Source: an uncultured Methanosarcinales archaeon (GTDB lineage: Archaea > Nanobdellota > Nanobdellia > Woesearchaeales > DATGWN01). From it: DNA of 64,000 nt. The DNA is taken from contig CAZUXP010000001.1 in assembly GCA_964624275.1 (NCBI GenBank), forward strand, positions 1,799 through 65,798, written 5' to 3'. Below the pieces are notes generated by a model. The model worked only from the letters and a program-made list of their open reading frames with translations, had not been told where the DNA came from and did no database searches. Of this stretch, positions 8,486 to 17,924 are shown one piece after another. Both the position numbers and the translations under genes were made by a program. How positions within the stretch are numbered: the stretch's first letter is position 1; each line of letters opens with the position of its first letter.

Positions 8486-9313
8486 ATGAATGAAAAAGGC
8501 AGATTAATAGTATTTGAAGACAAAAAAATCAGGAGAATCTGGTTTAATGAAGAATGGTATTTTTCTGTTGTTGATGTTGTTGCAGTTTTAACTGAAAGTC
8601 CTACACCCAGACAATATTGGGGAAAAGTCAAAGATAGGGAATTTGTCCAACTTCAACTGTCCCCGATTTGGGTACGGTTGAAATTATTTGCAGAAGATGG
8701 AAAATTAAGGGAAACTGATTGTGCTAATACAAAATCTCTCTTTAGAATTATTCAATCGCTTCCAAGTAAAAAAGCAGAACCTTTCAAACAATGGCTTGCA
8801 CAAGTTGGGTATGAAAGAATTCAAGAAATTGAAAATCCTGAATTAGGTCAAAATCGAATTAAAGAATACTACGAACTCAAAGGCTATCCTAGAGATTGGA
8901 TTGATAAAAGACTCAGGGGAATTGCGGTTAGATAGGAACTAACTGAAGAATGGAAAAACAGACAAATCAAGACCAAACAAGAATTTTCCATTCTTACGAA
9001 TGAAATCAGTAAAGCTACTTTTGGCAAAACTGTAGGAGAATATAAAGAATTTAAACAGTTGCAAAAGAAGAATGAAAATTTAAGAGATCATATGACTGAC
9101 TGGGAGCTTATTTTAACCATGATTGGTGAGAAAGCGACGACAGATATTACAAAAGAAGTCGATTCTCAAGGTTTTAAAGAATGCAAAGATTCTGCAAATA
9201 TTGGCGGGAATATAGCAAAAAGAACAAGAGAGGATATAGAGCGAAATTTAAAAAAAAGTGTTATTTCTAAAAATAATTACCTTTCTCAAAAAAATGATAC
9301 AAAATTGAAATAA
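8486..9313 (+). pseudogene. dinD: DinD/Bro-N-like DNA-damage-inducible protein D homologue interrupted by a single in-frame TAG at 8933-8935
   Basis: ORFs 8486..8935 and 9059..9313 are in the same frame. No other stop lies between 8936 and 9313. The combined 275-codon product matches E. coli DinD (274 aa) in length and sequence (DHMTDWELILTMIGEKATTD vs DHMGSTELAANLFRATQTE). Confidence 0.55.
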
Positions 9314-9389
9314 TTTAATCTTATTCCTAAACCACTAATTCATACCCAAATTCATTAACTTTAAAAAAAGAAACGTATTCTATATAAAT

Positions 9390-10001
9390 ATGACTAATCA
9401 ATCGCCTCCGCAATCAGATAGTATAGATGTTCGTGCAGATATTCGTATTCCAAAAGCGCGAATCGCAGTGTTAATTGGTTCTCAAGGAGAAATTAAAAAA
9501 AAAATTGAAGAAGAAACACATTCAAAACTTGAGATTGATTCTCAAGAAGGTGATGTTGGAATTCAATCAAATGATGGTATTAATTGCTTTTTAGCAAAAG
9601 ATATTGTTCGTGCAATTGGTCGTGGCTTTAATCCAGAATTAGCACTTTTATTAATAAAACCTGAATATACATTAGAAGTTATTGATTTATCAGATGGTTT
9701 TAAATCTAAAAACGCAATGATGCGTGTCAAAGGACGTGTTATTGGTTCAAAAGGAAAAACACGAAATGTTATTGAAAAAACAATGCAAGTTCATGTTTCA
9801 GTATTTGGAAAAACAATTAGTCTAATTGGTGAAGTAGAACGGGTATTAAGTTCAAAGCAAGCAATTGAAATGATTATTGATGGATCTCCGCATTCGTCAG
9901 TCTATAAATGGCTTGAAAAAAAAGAAAAAGCGTTTGCTCAACAAGAAATGCTTGGTCAAACAGTTCAAGTTAAAGACGAGTTTAAAAAGTATATGGAATA
10001 A
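9390..10001 (+). CDS. KH-domain RNA-binding protein (archaeal Dim2/Pno1-like, two KH domains)
   Basis: RIPKARIAVLIGSQGEIKKKIEEET and a second GxxG-type KH region (VIGSKGKTRNVIEKT). Confidence 0.6.
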   Translation: MTNQSPPQSDSIDVRADIRIPKARIAVLIGSQGEIKKKIEEETHSKLEIDSQEGDVGIQSNDGINCFLAKDIVRAIGRGFNPELALLLIKPEYTLEVIDLSDGFKSKNAMMRVKGRVIGSKGKTRNVIEKTMQVHVSVFGKTISLIGEVERVLSSKQAIEMIIDGSPHSSVYKWLEKKEKAFAQQEMLGQTVQVKDEFKKYME

Positions 10002-10036
10002 TATATTTTTTAAAGAAGAAATTTTCTGTATAAATT

Positions 10037-10861
10037 ATGCATATATTTACAAAAAAAACTTTATCTTGGTATAAAAATTATGGACGCGTACTTCCTTGGC
10101 GTCAAACAACAGATTCGTATAAAATACTTGTTTCAGAATTCATGTTACAACAAACACAAGTTTTGCGTGTTATTCCAAAATATGAAGCATTCCTCGAACA
10201 ATTTCCAACAGTGACGGATTTAGCAAATGCTTCATTATCAGATGTATTATCGTTATGGGTTGGTTTGGGATATAATCGTCGGGCAAAATATCTTTATAAT
10301 GCTGCAAAAGATATCGTACAAAAATATAACAGAAATATTCCTGATTCTGTTGATGAACTTCAAAAGATTCAAGGTATTGGACCATATGTTGCAGGTGCGA
10401 TATGTGCGTTTGCATATAATAAACCTGTAATAGTTATTGATGCAAATATAACGCGAGTATATAATCGAGTATTTGGTTTAGATAAAAAAGAAATACCTGA
10501 TAAAATATTACAAACACTTCCACAAAAAAAGGCTCGTGATTTTTACAACGCATTAATGGATATTGGTTCACAGTACTACAAATCAACAAGTGACTATACG
10601 ACATATCCATACAAAGATTTTTGTTGCTGGTTTAACGGAAAACAAATACCTGCTCTTAAAACATACAAACAGTCTCAATTTACTGATTCAAATCGGTATT
10701 ATCGAGGGCAAATATTAAAACAATTAGTTGAACATAAAATTTTGGATTTTAACCAGATTCAAAATGATGCTGATTCTGAAAAATATTTAAGTGCTGTTTC
10801 TCAGCTTGTCGATGAAGGTCTTATCATACATGATTCTCAAAAGATTTATTTAAAAAAATAA
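10037..10861 (+). CDS. HhH-GPD DNA glycosylase, MutY/adenine glycosylase-like
   Basis: LPWRQTTDSYKILVSEFMLQQTQV (MutY N-terminal signature) and HhH-GPD motif LQKIQGIGPYVAGAICAFAY with catalytic-region Asp; no obvious 4Fe-4S Cys cluster. Confidence 0.6.
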   Translation: MHIFTKKTLSWYKNYGRVLPWRQTTDSYKILVSEFMLQQTQVLRVIPKYEAFLEQFPTVTDLANASLSDVLSLWVGLGYNRRAKYLYNAAKDIVQKYNRNIPDSVDELQKIQGIGPYVAGAICAFAYNKPVIVIDANITRVYNRVFGLDKKEIPDKILQTLPQKKARDFYNALMDIGSQYYKSTSDYTTYPYKDFCCWFNGKQIPALKTYKQSQFTDSNRYYRGQILKQLVEHKILDFNQIQNDADSEKYLSAVSQLVDEGLIIHDSQKIYLKK

Positions 10862-10863
10862 TA

Positions 10864-11301
10864 TTATTGTATTTCATCTCGAAATGATTGACCAATATCG
10901 TGCAATGGTATAATTGAATTTTTTTTGATTTTTCCAATACCAATAATAGAATCATTATAACTGACTCGAACAATTGGTTGTTTTGATTGACTACGTATAT
11001 TTAAAACAGTTTTTTGATAAACGAAAAACTGTGCTTGTTTTTGGTCAACACTAATAATAGGTATCGTATTCATATATTTTTCATAAAATACAGTAGTTGG
11101 TATAAATGTTTTTTTCACAATTTTGCCAAGACATAAACCTGCGTACTGTGGTTGAAATTTAGATAAATATTTTGTATATTTTTTTGGTACTAAAAATACA
11201 CGATTAAAAATTCGAATAAGCAAACCCGTTGGTTTTGAAATGCTATATTTTTTACAAAAATTGTCAAATATTTCTAAACTAGACAAGAATTTCAACCTCA
11301 A
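10864..11301 (-). CDS. Nip7-like PUA-domain ribosome biogenesis protein (UPF0113)
   Basis: Pattern ...AGLCLGKIVKKTFIPT... and C-terminal PUA-like ...VSYNDSIIGIGKI as in archaeal Nip7 homologues. Confidence 0.45.
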   Translation of the reverse strand: MRLKFLSSLEIFDNFCKKYSISKPTGLLIRIFNRVFLVPKKYTKYLSKFQPQYAGLCLGKIVKKTFIPTTVFYEKYMNTIPIISVDQKQAQFFVYQKTVLNIRSQSKQPIVRVSYNDSIIGIGKIKKNSIIPLHDIGQSFRDEIQ

Positions 11302-12196
11302 TTTGTAGATATCTGTAAATATGTTTTTTTATGAGAGTAAGTTCTTCATCTAAGCGAAGTTGTGCAATTTGTGCGTTAATATTTCGCATTTGGCTTTCAA
11401 TAACAGATATTTTTTTGTCTTGTGTTTCTTTACGTGCATATAAATCTTTGAGTTCAAGTTCATAATAAGCTGGTTGAAAAGCTGACTCCCCTTTTTTTTT
11501 GCGTTCTTGTTCGATTTTATATTTTGGATCTTGTAGAATGTGTGTTATTTTTGTTTTATATTTATGTAAAATTATTTGTTGTTCATCTATTTGTTGAAGC
11601 ACAATAGATTTTTTTTCTTCAAGTTTTTTTTCCTCATTTTGTTTTTGAAAATATGTTTGTAATTGTTTTTTAAGTGCGTGATATTGTTCGACTTTTTTAT
11701 CATCGATTATCTGGTTATACTGTGTGATATTTTGTTTAATTTTATCTAAAATATGGGTGATTTGCGAATAACTTGTTTTAAAATATTTAAACAATACATG
11801 CTCGACTTGCTTTTTTCTTTGTAAAATATCATCCATTTTTTCACTTAAAATTGTGTAAATTTCTTCTAATTCAGAAAAAGTACTTGATTGTGTTTCAGTT
11901 TGAATATTGGAAAAAAAATCTTGAATTGATTGAATAAATCTTTGGCGATAGTCCAAAACAAGTTTTTTGATGTGATCTTTTGGTTCACTAAATTCTTGTT
12001 GTTGTAATAGATGAATTTTTTCATCAAGTTCTTTTTTATATGTTTTAATTGATTTATAATTTGTTTGTAATTGTAAGAGAATTGGCTCTAAATCGGATTT
12101 AAACTGCAAATCAACCCATTTTGAAAGTTTTTCTAATCGAACAGTTGCTTTGTCGATTTTTGTTTCCTTTCTAAACCATTTTTTGAAAAATATCAT
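11279..12196 (-). CDS. coiled-coil protein, hypothetical
   Basis: 305 aa, K/E/Q-rich heptad-like sequence throughout; no recognisable catalytic motif. Confidence 0.4.
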   Translation of the reverse strand: MIFFKKWFRKETKIDKATVRLEKLSKWVDLQFKSDLEPILLQLQTNYKSIKTYKKELDEKIHLLQQQEFSEPKDHIKKLVLDYRQRFIQSIQDFFSNIQTETQSSTFSELEEIYTILSEKMDDILQRKKQVEHVLFKYFKTSYSQITHILDKIKQNITQYNQIIDDKKVEQYHALKKQLQTYFQKQNEEKKLEEKKSIVLQQIDEQQIILHKYKTKITHILQDPKYKIEQERKKKGESAFQPAYYELELKDLYARKETQDKKISVIESQMRNINAQIAQLRLDEELTLIKKHIYRYLQIEVEILV

Positions 12197-12231
12197 ACGT
12201 TCTATAAGTTATTATTACTTTAAAAATGTTC

Positions 12232-12723
12232 TTATGGTAATCGGTTTAATTCACGATAAAACAAGTTTTGAGAAATATCATCTTGTTCTGTTTTTTGTTG
12301 CGTGGCTGGTTTTTGTTGTTTTGTTTCACCAATAATAACAGAATCTTTAATTTTTTGTGCAATTTGTTCAAACTCACTTTGATCTATTTGTTTTGGTTCC
12401 CATAAAAAATTCAGGCCGTCATTTTCAAACCTTGCAATAATTTCAAATAAAACATTCTTTGATCCAGAGTTAGGTCCATCTCGAATTAAAATATTTGTAC
12501 CTGGTGATTGTAATTCTTCAAAAAGAATACTTGCGCAAACATTTGCCATCTCACAATACTGCACAAATTCTTCTGCGTTAATTTCATCTACACTTTGATA
12601 TATATTTTTTGGTTCTAAAATAATGTGACCTTCACTAAGTGGTTCTTGTGGAAAATATATCGTACAAAAATCATTTTCAAATATAGGTTCACTCATTGTA
12701 TGCCTCTTTGAGTTTTTTTGCAA
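12232..12723 (-). CDS. HIT-family (histidine triad-like) protein
   Basis: HIT-like fold signature around ...EGHIILEPK...; 163 aa. Confidence 0.45.
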   Translation of the reverse strand: MQKNSKRHTMSEPIFENDFCTIYFPQEPLSEGHIILEPKNIYQSVDEINAEEFVQYCEMANVCASILFEELQSPGTNILIRDGPNSGSKNVLFEIIARFENDGLNFLWEPKQIDQSEFEQIAQKIKDSVIIGETKQQKPATQQKTEQDDISQNLFYRELNRLP

Positions 12724-13588
12724 GTGTTAAAATATCTACACCTGAAAATATTTTTTCTAATTCCGGTTCAACCTTAATCTTTTCGATAAATGCTAGTGGT
12801 TCATGAATAAGTAAGTTTCGTAATTTTTCGTCTGTTTCAAGTTTCGTTGCAATTTCTTTTTTTTGTTCAGCACTAATAGATGTTTGAGAATCTGTCTTTG
12901 CAGTTTGCATTTCTTGCTTGTTAAGTTGTTCAGATAGCGCAAAAACATCAATACCTTCAAATAACTTTTGAAGTTCTGGCTCTTCTTTAATAACTTGAGA
13001 AAATTGTTCGGGTTTTGTCCTAAGTAATTCTTGTATTTGTGGATTATTATGAATATATGTTAAGAGTTTATCTTTATTTTCCTGTGTACTTTTTTGTTGC
13101 TGTTGTGGTTGTGTTTGTGAAAAGAAAATTTGTGCGAATCTATTTTTGAGTTTTTGCGTATTTTGTGCAATTTTTTCTTTTGAAATTGGAGTTGTTGGTT
13201 TTTGTTGTTCAAATACAAGTGAATCTCCTTTTTCTCTGGGAATACAATGAATTAACACATGGGGTGCTTGTTGACCAGCAATACCTCCATTTGCAATAAA
13301 TAACACTGAAGAATCAACAACGGATGCTTTTTTGACTCCTTTTGTTATATATTTGAGTTTGGTGAAAAGTTCAAGACGTGTTGGTTTTGGTACAAGTGGT
13401 AATAAAGGATAGTGTTCAGTTGGAAGAACTAACGTGTGGCCTTTTGCTGCAGGATGAATATCAAGTATTGCAAGAACAGTTTCATCTTTATAGATTTTGT
13501 GAGAAGGAATTTCATTTTGAATAATTTTGCAAAAAATACATTGTTCTTTTTGTTTTTGCAGTGCCTCTTGCATAGATTCATCACTCAT
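12689..13588 (-). CDS. HIT-family hydrolase with long C-terminal repeat-containing extension
   Basis: QCIFCKIIQNEIPSHKIYKDETVLAILDIHPAAKGHTLVLP...HVLIHCIP (histidine triad region). C-terminus carries two copies of an EPELxK(L/I)FxG(I/V)D(V/I)xxLxxxL motif. Confidence 0.55.
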   Translation of the reverse strand: MSDESMQEALQKQKEQCIFCKIIQNEIPSHKIYKDETVLAILDIHPAAKGHTLVLPTEHYPLLPLVPKPTRLELFTKLKYITKGVKKASVVDSSVLFIANGGIAGQQAPHVLIHCIPREKGDSLVFEQQKPTTPISKEKIAQNTQKLKNRFAQIFFSQTQPQQQQKSTQENKDKLLTYIHNNPQIQELLRTKPEQFSQVIKEEPELQKLFEGIDVFALSEQLNKQEMQTAKTDSQTSISAEQKKEIATKLETDEKLRNLLIHEPLAFIEKIKVEPELEKIFSGVDILTLAKKLKEAYNE

Positions 13589-13679
13589 AAGGACGTATGA
13601 ATGTTTTTTCTTTAAAAAATCTCTTATTTTTTGTTTTTTGTAACAAAATTTATATAGATTTACATACAGAGATGTATGT

Positions 13680-14492
13680 ATGGAGTCAAAACTTGTTTTT
13701 TTAGGTACTGCGGGAGATTCAATTACGAGTGGAAAACAAAATCGCGCGTCTGGTGGTATTTTAATTCGATATGATGATTTACAATTAATAATTAATCCAG
13801 GTCCCGGAACTCTTGTTCGTGCAAAACAATATGGTGTAAATTTACGCGAAACAACCGCAATACTTGTTTCTCAGAATACACTTTTAGATGCAAACGATGT
13901 AAATGCTACTGTTGATGCAATGACAAATGGTGGTTTAGATCAAAAGGGTATTTTAATTTGTTCGCGAAGTACTATTGATGGGAATTCGCAATTTTATCCT
14001 GCCATATCTCGATTTCACGCATCTTGTTTGGATAGAATCATTCCATTAAATATTGGCGATAAAGTTGGTTTAGAAACAGTTGAAGTAATTCCAACAAAAA
14101 CAAGTATTGATGCAAAAGATTCACTCGGATTTCAAATAGTAACACCACGTTTTACAATTTCATACATAGGTGATACACGATATGAGCGTCGCGTTGCGGA
14201 TTGTCACAAAGAATCAGACATAGTTATCGTTAACATTCCGACAAAAACTAAATCTGAACAAGCAAATACTACAGATGTTGCTGACGCAGTAAAATTCATG
14301 AAACACATTCAACCTCGTTTAGCGATTGTAACGCGATTAGGAGTGAAATTAACTGAAACACAAGTATTAGATTTAGTTCGAACAATTCAAAAAGAAACAA
14401 GAGTTCAGACAATGGCGGCAAAAGATGGACTTTTGATTAATCCAATTACGTATTCTGCAATAGTTCGACAACAAAAACTTTTTTCTCAATAA
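13680..14492 (+). CDS. metallo-beta-lactamase fold hydrolase
   Basis: N-terminal LVFLGTAGDS...GGILIRYDDLQLIINPGPG pattern typical of MBL-fold enzymes. Confidence 0.5.
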   Translation: MESKLVFLGTAGDSITSGKQNRASGGILIRYDDLQLIINPGPGTLVRAKQYGVNLRETTAILVSQNTLLDANDVNATVDAMTNGGLDQKGILICSRSTIDGNSQFYPAISRFHASCLDRIIPLNIGDKVGLETVEVIPTKTSIDAKDSLGFQIVTPRFTISYIGDTRYERRVADCHKESDIVIVNIPTKTKSEQANTTDVADAVKFMKHIQPRLAIVTRLGVKLTETQVLDLVRTIQKETRVQTMAAKDGLLINPITYSAIVRQQKLFSQ

Positions 14493-14499
14493 TTTGATT

Positions 14500-14730
14500 C
14501 TTTTACACAGCTTCATCCAAAAATAACGTAATGAGGAAAAATACGCACGCAAATTTTACTCAAGAGTTTCGCTATGAACAATTACAAAAATTCAGTTGCA
14601 GACAATCGTTGGAAAGTTACGTCTTCCAACGGTGTTGAACAATATAATTGTTCAACAATCACTGAATTTTCTGACTTTATTGTAAGGTGCGTATCTTCTC
14701 TAAAATTATTTTTTGGATGAAGCCCTTTCA
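14500..14730. ncRNA. candidate structured noncoding element: nested multi-helix rod (unknown family)
   Basis: In a 276-bp gap. A 14-bp closing helix gcttcatccaaaaa (14511-14524) pairs with tttttggatgaagc (14712-14725). Inner helices acgcac/gtgcgt and aattcagt/actgaatt. Two terminal hairpins cgttggaa-9nt-ttccaacg and tgttgaacaat-ata-attgttcaaca. Confidence 0.4.
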
Positions 14731-14768
14731 CACGTAAAGTTTTTAAATATAAACACCAAAAAACTACT

Positions 14769-15686
14769 GTGGCTGTCGATCAACGTTTAATAGAGTATAT
14801 TTCCCAAAATCTTAATAGTGGATATGATCAGAATTCAATAGTTCAAGCTTTATTATCATCAGGTTATTCTCAAAAACAAATTAATGCTGCCTTTGATTAT
14901 TTGTATGCACAAAGTCATTATGGTTCGCAACCAAGATCACAATATATTCGAGGAGGATATACTGCAAAATCATTTTTTACATCGCCCTTATTTATTATTG
15001 TTGCAATAATTGGTATTAGTATTATTGGAATACTCTTGTTTTTATTATTTTCATTAAATCAGTCTAGTGAAGAATTCGAGATATCTCCATCTCCAAATCA
15101 ACAAATTCCAACAACTCCACCTTCGCAAACACCAAGAGACGATGTAGAGATTGATGATGTATCGCCACTTCCTGAAAATGAATCAGCGCAACAAAATAAT
15201 GAGACTGATTCAGTATCACCAACAACTCCTACTCAAACAAATCGGCCGACTCAAACACAGACTTCAACGGGACTTGAATCAACAAATCCAACAAGAGCTG
15301 AAATTGATAGAACAGTAAATCAAATAGCAGGTTCTCAGCCAGAACGTGCAATTGGACTTTGTGAACAAATTTCAACATCAAGTGGTCGTTCATCGTGTTA
15401 CACAAGAGTTGCTGTTGCCTCAAAAATAGCAACATATTGCGAAAAAATTGATGATATTTATCCAAAAGATCAATGTTATATGCAGTTTGCTATTGAAGAA
15501 ATTGGATCTATTCAGACAATTTGTCCAAATATTCATGATAAATTTATGCAACGAAGTTGCACATTGTTATATCAGAGTGCAAGCGGTGCACGTTCTCAAG
15601 AGACTGTTATTGAACCACCGCTTTCACAAGATAGTGATGTTGAAAACAGAACTGTTTCAGATGAAGATCCATTTATTATAGAGTAA
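14769..15686 (+). CDS. membrane protein with N-terminal UBA-like motif, P/T/Q-rich linker and Cys-rich C-terminal domain; GTG start
   Basis: TM helix at about residues 75-100, low-complexity PTTPPSQTP linker, 10 Cys in the C-terminal third. Confidence 0.45.
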   Translation: MAVDQRLIEYISQNLNSGYDQNSIVQALLSSGYSQKQINAAFDYLYAQSHYGSQPRSQYIRGGYTAKSFFTSPLFIIVAIIGISIIGILLFLLFSLNQSSEEFEISPSPNQQIPTTPPSQTPRDDVEIDDVSPLPENESAQQNNETDSVSPTTPTQTNRPTQTQTSTGLESTNPTRAEIDRTVNQIAGSQPERAIGLCEQISTSSGRSSCYTRVAVASKIATYCEKIDDIYPKDQCYMQFAIEEIGSIQTICPNIHDKFMQRSCTLLYQSASGARSQETVIEPPLSQDSDVENRTVSDEDPFIIE

Positions 15687-15696
15687 TTATTCAATT

Positions 15697-17805
15697 TTAT
15701 CGAACAATCCCATCTTCTAAGTCAACAACAATACTTTCGTCTTTTGCTTTAAGTTGCACATCATAGGCAAGAACGCGTTTTTGTGCTATTGTTAAAGGAA
15801 TTTTCAAAAATTCTTGTATTGTTATTGGTTTTTGAGAAGTCTTCATTCCTTCAACTGTTACTGGCGTGGAAGGTTTCGCAAATTTTGTGAAAATAACTTT
15901 TAACTTTTTGTTTGAATCTTCACCCGCTAAAAGCATACCTTCACTGACCTCGCCTCGTAATTTTGCAGGTTGCAAGTTGCATACAATAATAACTGATTTA
16001 CCAATTAATTCTTCAGGCGAATAGTGTTTTTTTAATCCTGATATTATTTGTCGCATTTCACCATTGCCCATATCTACTTTTTCAATGTAAAGTGAGTCTG
16101 CATTTGGGTGGTCTTTAACTTCTAAAATTTTTCCAACACGTAAATCTAATGGAAATATTTGTTCTTCAGTTTTTTCTTTGAATCGTTCGCGAAGTTCAGT
16201 TGTTTTTTCATCAGTTATTTTCTCAAGTAATACGTTTGGCGTTTTTGTGCGTATACCTTTTGCACAATGATCTTGTCTTAATTCAGTCCAATTTTTTGGT
16301 TCTATTCCAATTTGTGAAAATACATTTTTTGCAGTTTGTGGTATAACAGGTGCGATTAATATTGTTACATCAATCAATCCATTCACAAGATTTGCAATCG
16401 CATTTTTTGCCTTTTCTTTTGAATTTTTAATCGTTTCCCAAGGTTTTTGTTCCTGAAAATATTGATTAAGTTTTTTTGAAGCAGCCATCGTTAATTTTAA
16501 GGCATCTTTGAGTTTAATTTGTTCATATGCGGTTGTGACTGCTTGTACATCATCAGTTAATTCTAATTCGTTTTGTGTTATCTTTGGAACATTATTGTCA
16601 AAGAATCGTTGAACGAATGTTAAAGTTCGGTTAACCAAATTCGCATAATTTGCAATAAGTTCAGTATTAATTTTTTGTGAAAAACCGTTCCAATCAAAAA
16701 CAGTGTCTTCTTGTTCAGGTCTAATTGCAGCAATATAGTACCGATACATATCCGCACATAAACCTGAGTCCTTTGCGCCATCCCCGAATATTCCACTTCC
16801 TCTTGATTTTGAAAATTTGCCGTCAGCATAATTAAGGTATTCGTTTACCGAAATAGTATCCATTAACGTGTACGGTTGCTTTGTACCAAGTAAAAATGAG
16901 GGGAAAAGTATTGTGTGAAAAGAAGTATTATCTTTTCCCATGAATTGAACTAATCGAACATTTTTATCATCAAACCACCAGTCTTTCCAATCTTTTCGCG
17001 CTTTTTTTGTTATTGAAATATACCCAATTGGTGCATCAAACCAAGAATAAAATACTTTATCTTTCATATCAGGAACTGAAATTCCCCATTTTAAGTCGCG
17101 AGTAATACATCGTTCACGTAATTGTTCTTTGAGCCATCCTTGAGTTATTTTTTGCGCATTTTCTGACCATAAATGTTGTTTTTTCTCAATCCAATTTGTA
17201 AGCAATGGTTTAATTTCTGCTAAATCAATGTATGCATGTTCAGTTTCTTTGAGGATTGGTTGCGTTTTTGAAATTGTTGAGATAGGATTAAGAAGTTCTT
17301 CTGGTTCTAGTAATTTACCACAATTATCACATTGATCACCTTTTGCATCCGTATATTTACAATATGGGCATGTTCCTTTAATAAAACGATCCGCAAGATA
17401 TCTTTTTGCAGATATATCATAGAATTGTTTTGTTTTTTTTGTTAAAATAAAATCATTTTCTTTGAGTTTTATATATATATCAGTTGAAATTTCGTGGTTT
17501 TCAACATCAGAAGTTCTTCCAAAACAATCAAATTCAAATTCAAACCAATCGTAAATTTCTTTATGTATTTTAAAATACTTGTCAGTAATTTCTTTAGGCG
17601 TTACGCCTTCTTCAATTGCTTTTACTTCACTTGTTGTTCCGTGTTCATCAGTTCCTAAGACTGAGATTACATTTTTTTGTTGAGATCGTAAATAACGCGT
17701 ATATATATCCGCACTTAAAATACAAACCATATTTCCTAAGTGTGGAACATTATTAACATAGGGAAGTGCACTTGTTACAAGTATTTTGTTATGACTCATT
17801 ATCAT
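15697..17805 (-). CDS. metG: methionyl-tRNA synthetase with C-terminal tRNA-binding (EMAP/Trbp111-like) domain
   Basis: HIGH-region LVTSALPYVNNVPHLGNMV, KMSKS-region FSKSRGSG, zinc knuckle CPYC...CDNCG, C-terminal OB tRNA-binding domain. Confidence 0.85.
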   Translation of the reverse strand: MIMSHNKILVTSALPYVNNVPHLGNMVCILSADIYTRYLRSQQKNVISVLGTDEHGTTSEVKAIEEGVTPKEITDKYFKIHKEIYDWFEFEFDCFGRTSDVENHEISTDIYIKLKENDFILTKKTKQFYDISAKRYLADRFIKGTCPYCKYTDAKGDQCDNCGKLLEPEELLNPISTISKTQPILKETEHAYIDLAEIKPLLTNWIEKKQHLWSENAQKITQGWLKEQLRERCITRDLKWGISVPDMKDKVFYSWFDAPIGYISITKKARKDWKDWWFDDKNVRLVQFMGKDNTSFHTILFPSFLLGTKQPYTLMDTISVNEYLNYADGKFSKSRGSGIFGDGAKDSGLCADMYRYYIAAIRPEQEDTVFDWNGFSQKINTELIANYANLVNRTLTFVQRFFDNNVPKITQNELELTDDVQAVTTAYEQIKLKDALKLTMAASKKLNQYFQEQKPWETIKNSKEKAKNAIANLVNGLIDVTILIAPVIPQTAKNVFSQIGIEPKNWTELRQDHCAKGIRTKTPNVLLEKITDEKTTELRERFKEKTEEQIFPLDLRVGKILEVKDHPNADSLYIEKVDMGNGEMRQIISGLKKHYSPEELIGKSVIIVCNLQPAKLRGEVSEGMLLAGEDSNKKLKVIFTKFAKPSTPVTVEGMKTSQKPITIQEFLKIPLTIAQKRVLAYDVQLKAKDESIVVDLEDGIVR

Positions 17806-17892
17806 ATTATGGGGTAAAGTTTAGCTTATAAAACTTACGCAACGTAGGTCATCTTTTCATAAAAACAATATTTTATTCAATTTATGACGTAA

Positions 17893-17906
17893 TATATTTA
17901 AACCCA
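17893..17906 (+). promoter_or_regulatory. putative TATA box for 17925 gene (divergent from metG)
   Basis: aatatatttaaacc about 25-30 nt upstream of the ATG at 17925. Confidence 0.2.
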
Positions 17907-17924
17907 AAGTGTTTAAGTAAGTTT

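Noticed and set aside
14500-14730. SRP (7S) RNA or RNase P RNA identity for the structured element
   Set aside because: The rod-like nested structure is reminiscent of SRP RNA, but the universally conserved helix-8 motifs and GNRA/GNAR tetraloops, and the RNase P P4 (AGGAAAGUCC) signature, are absent. It is therefore left as an unknown family.
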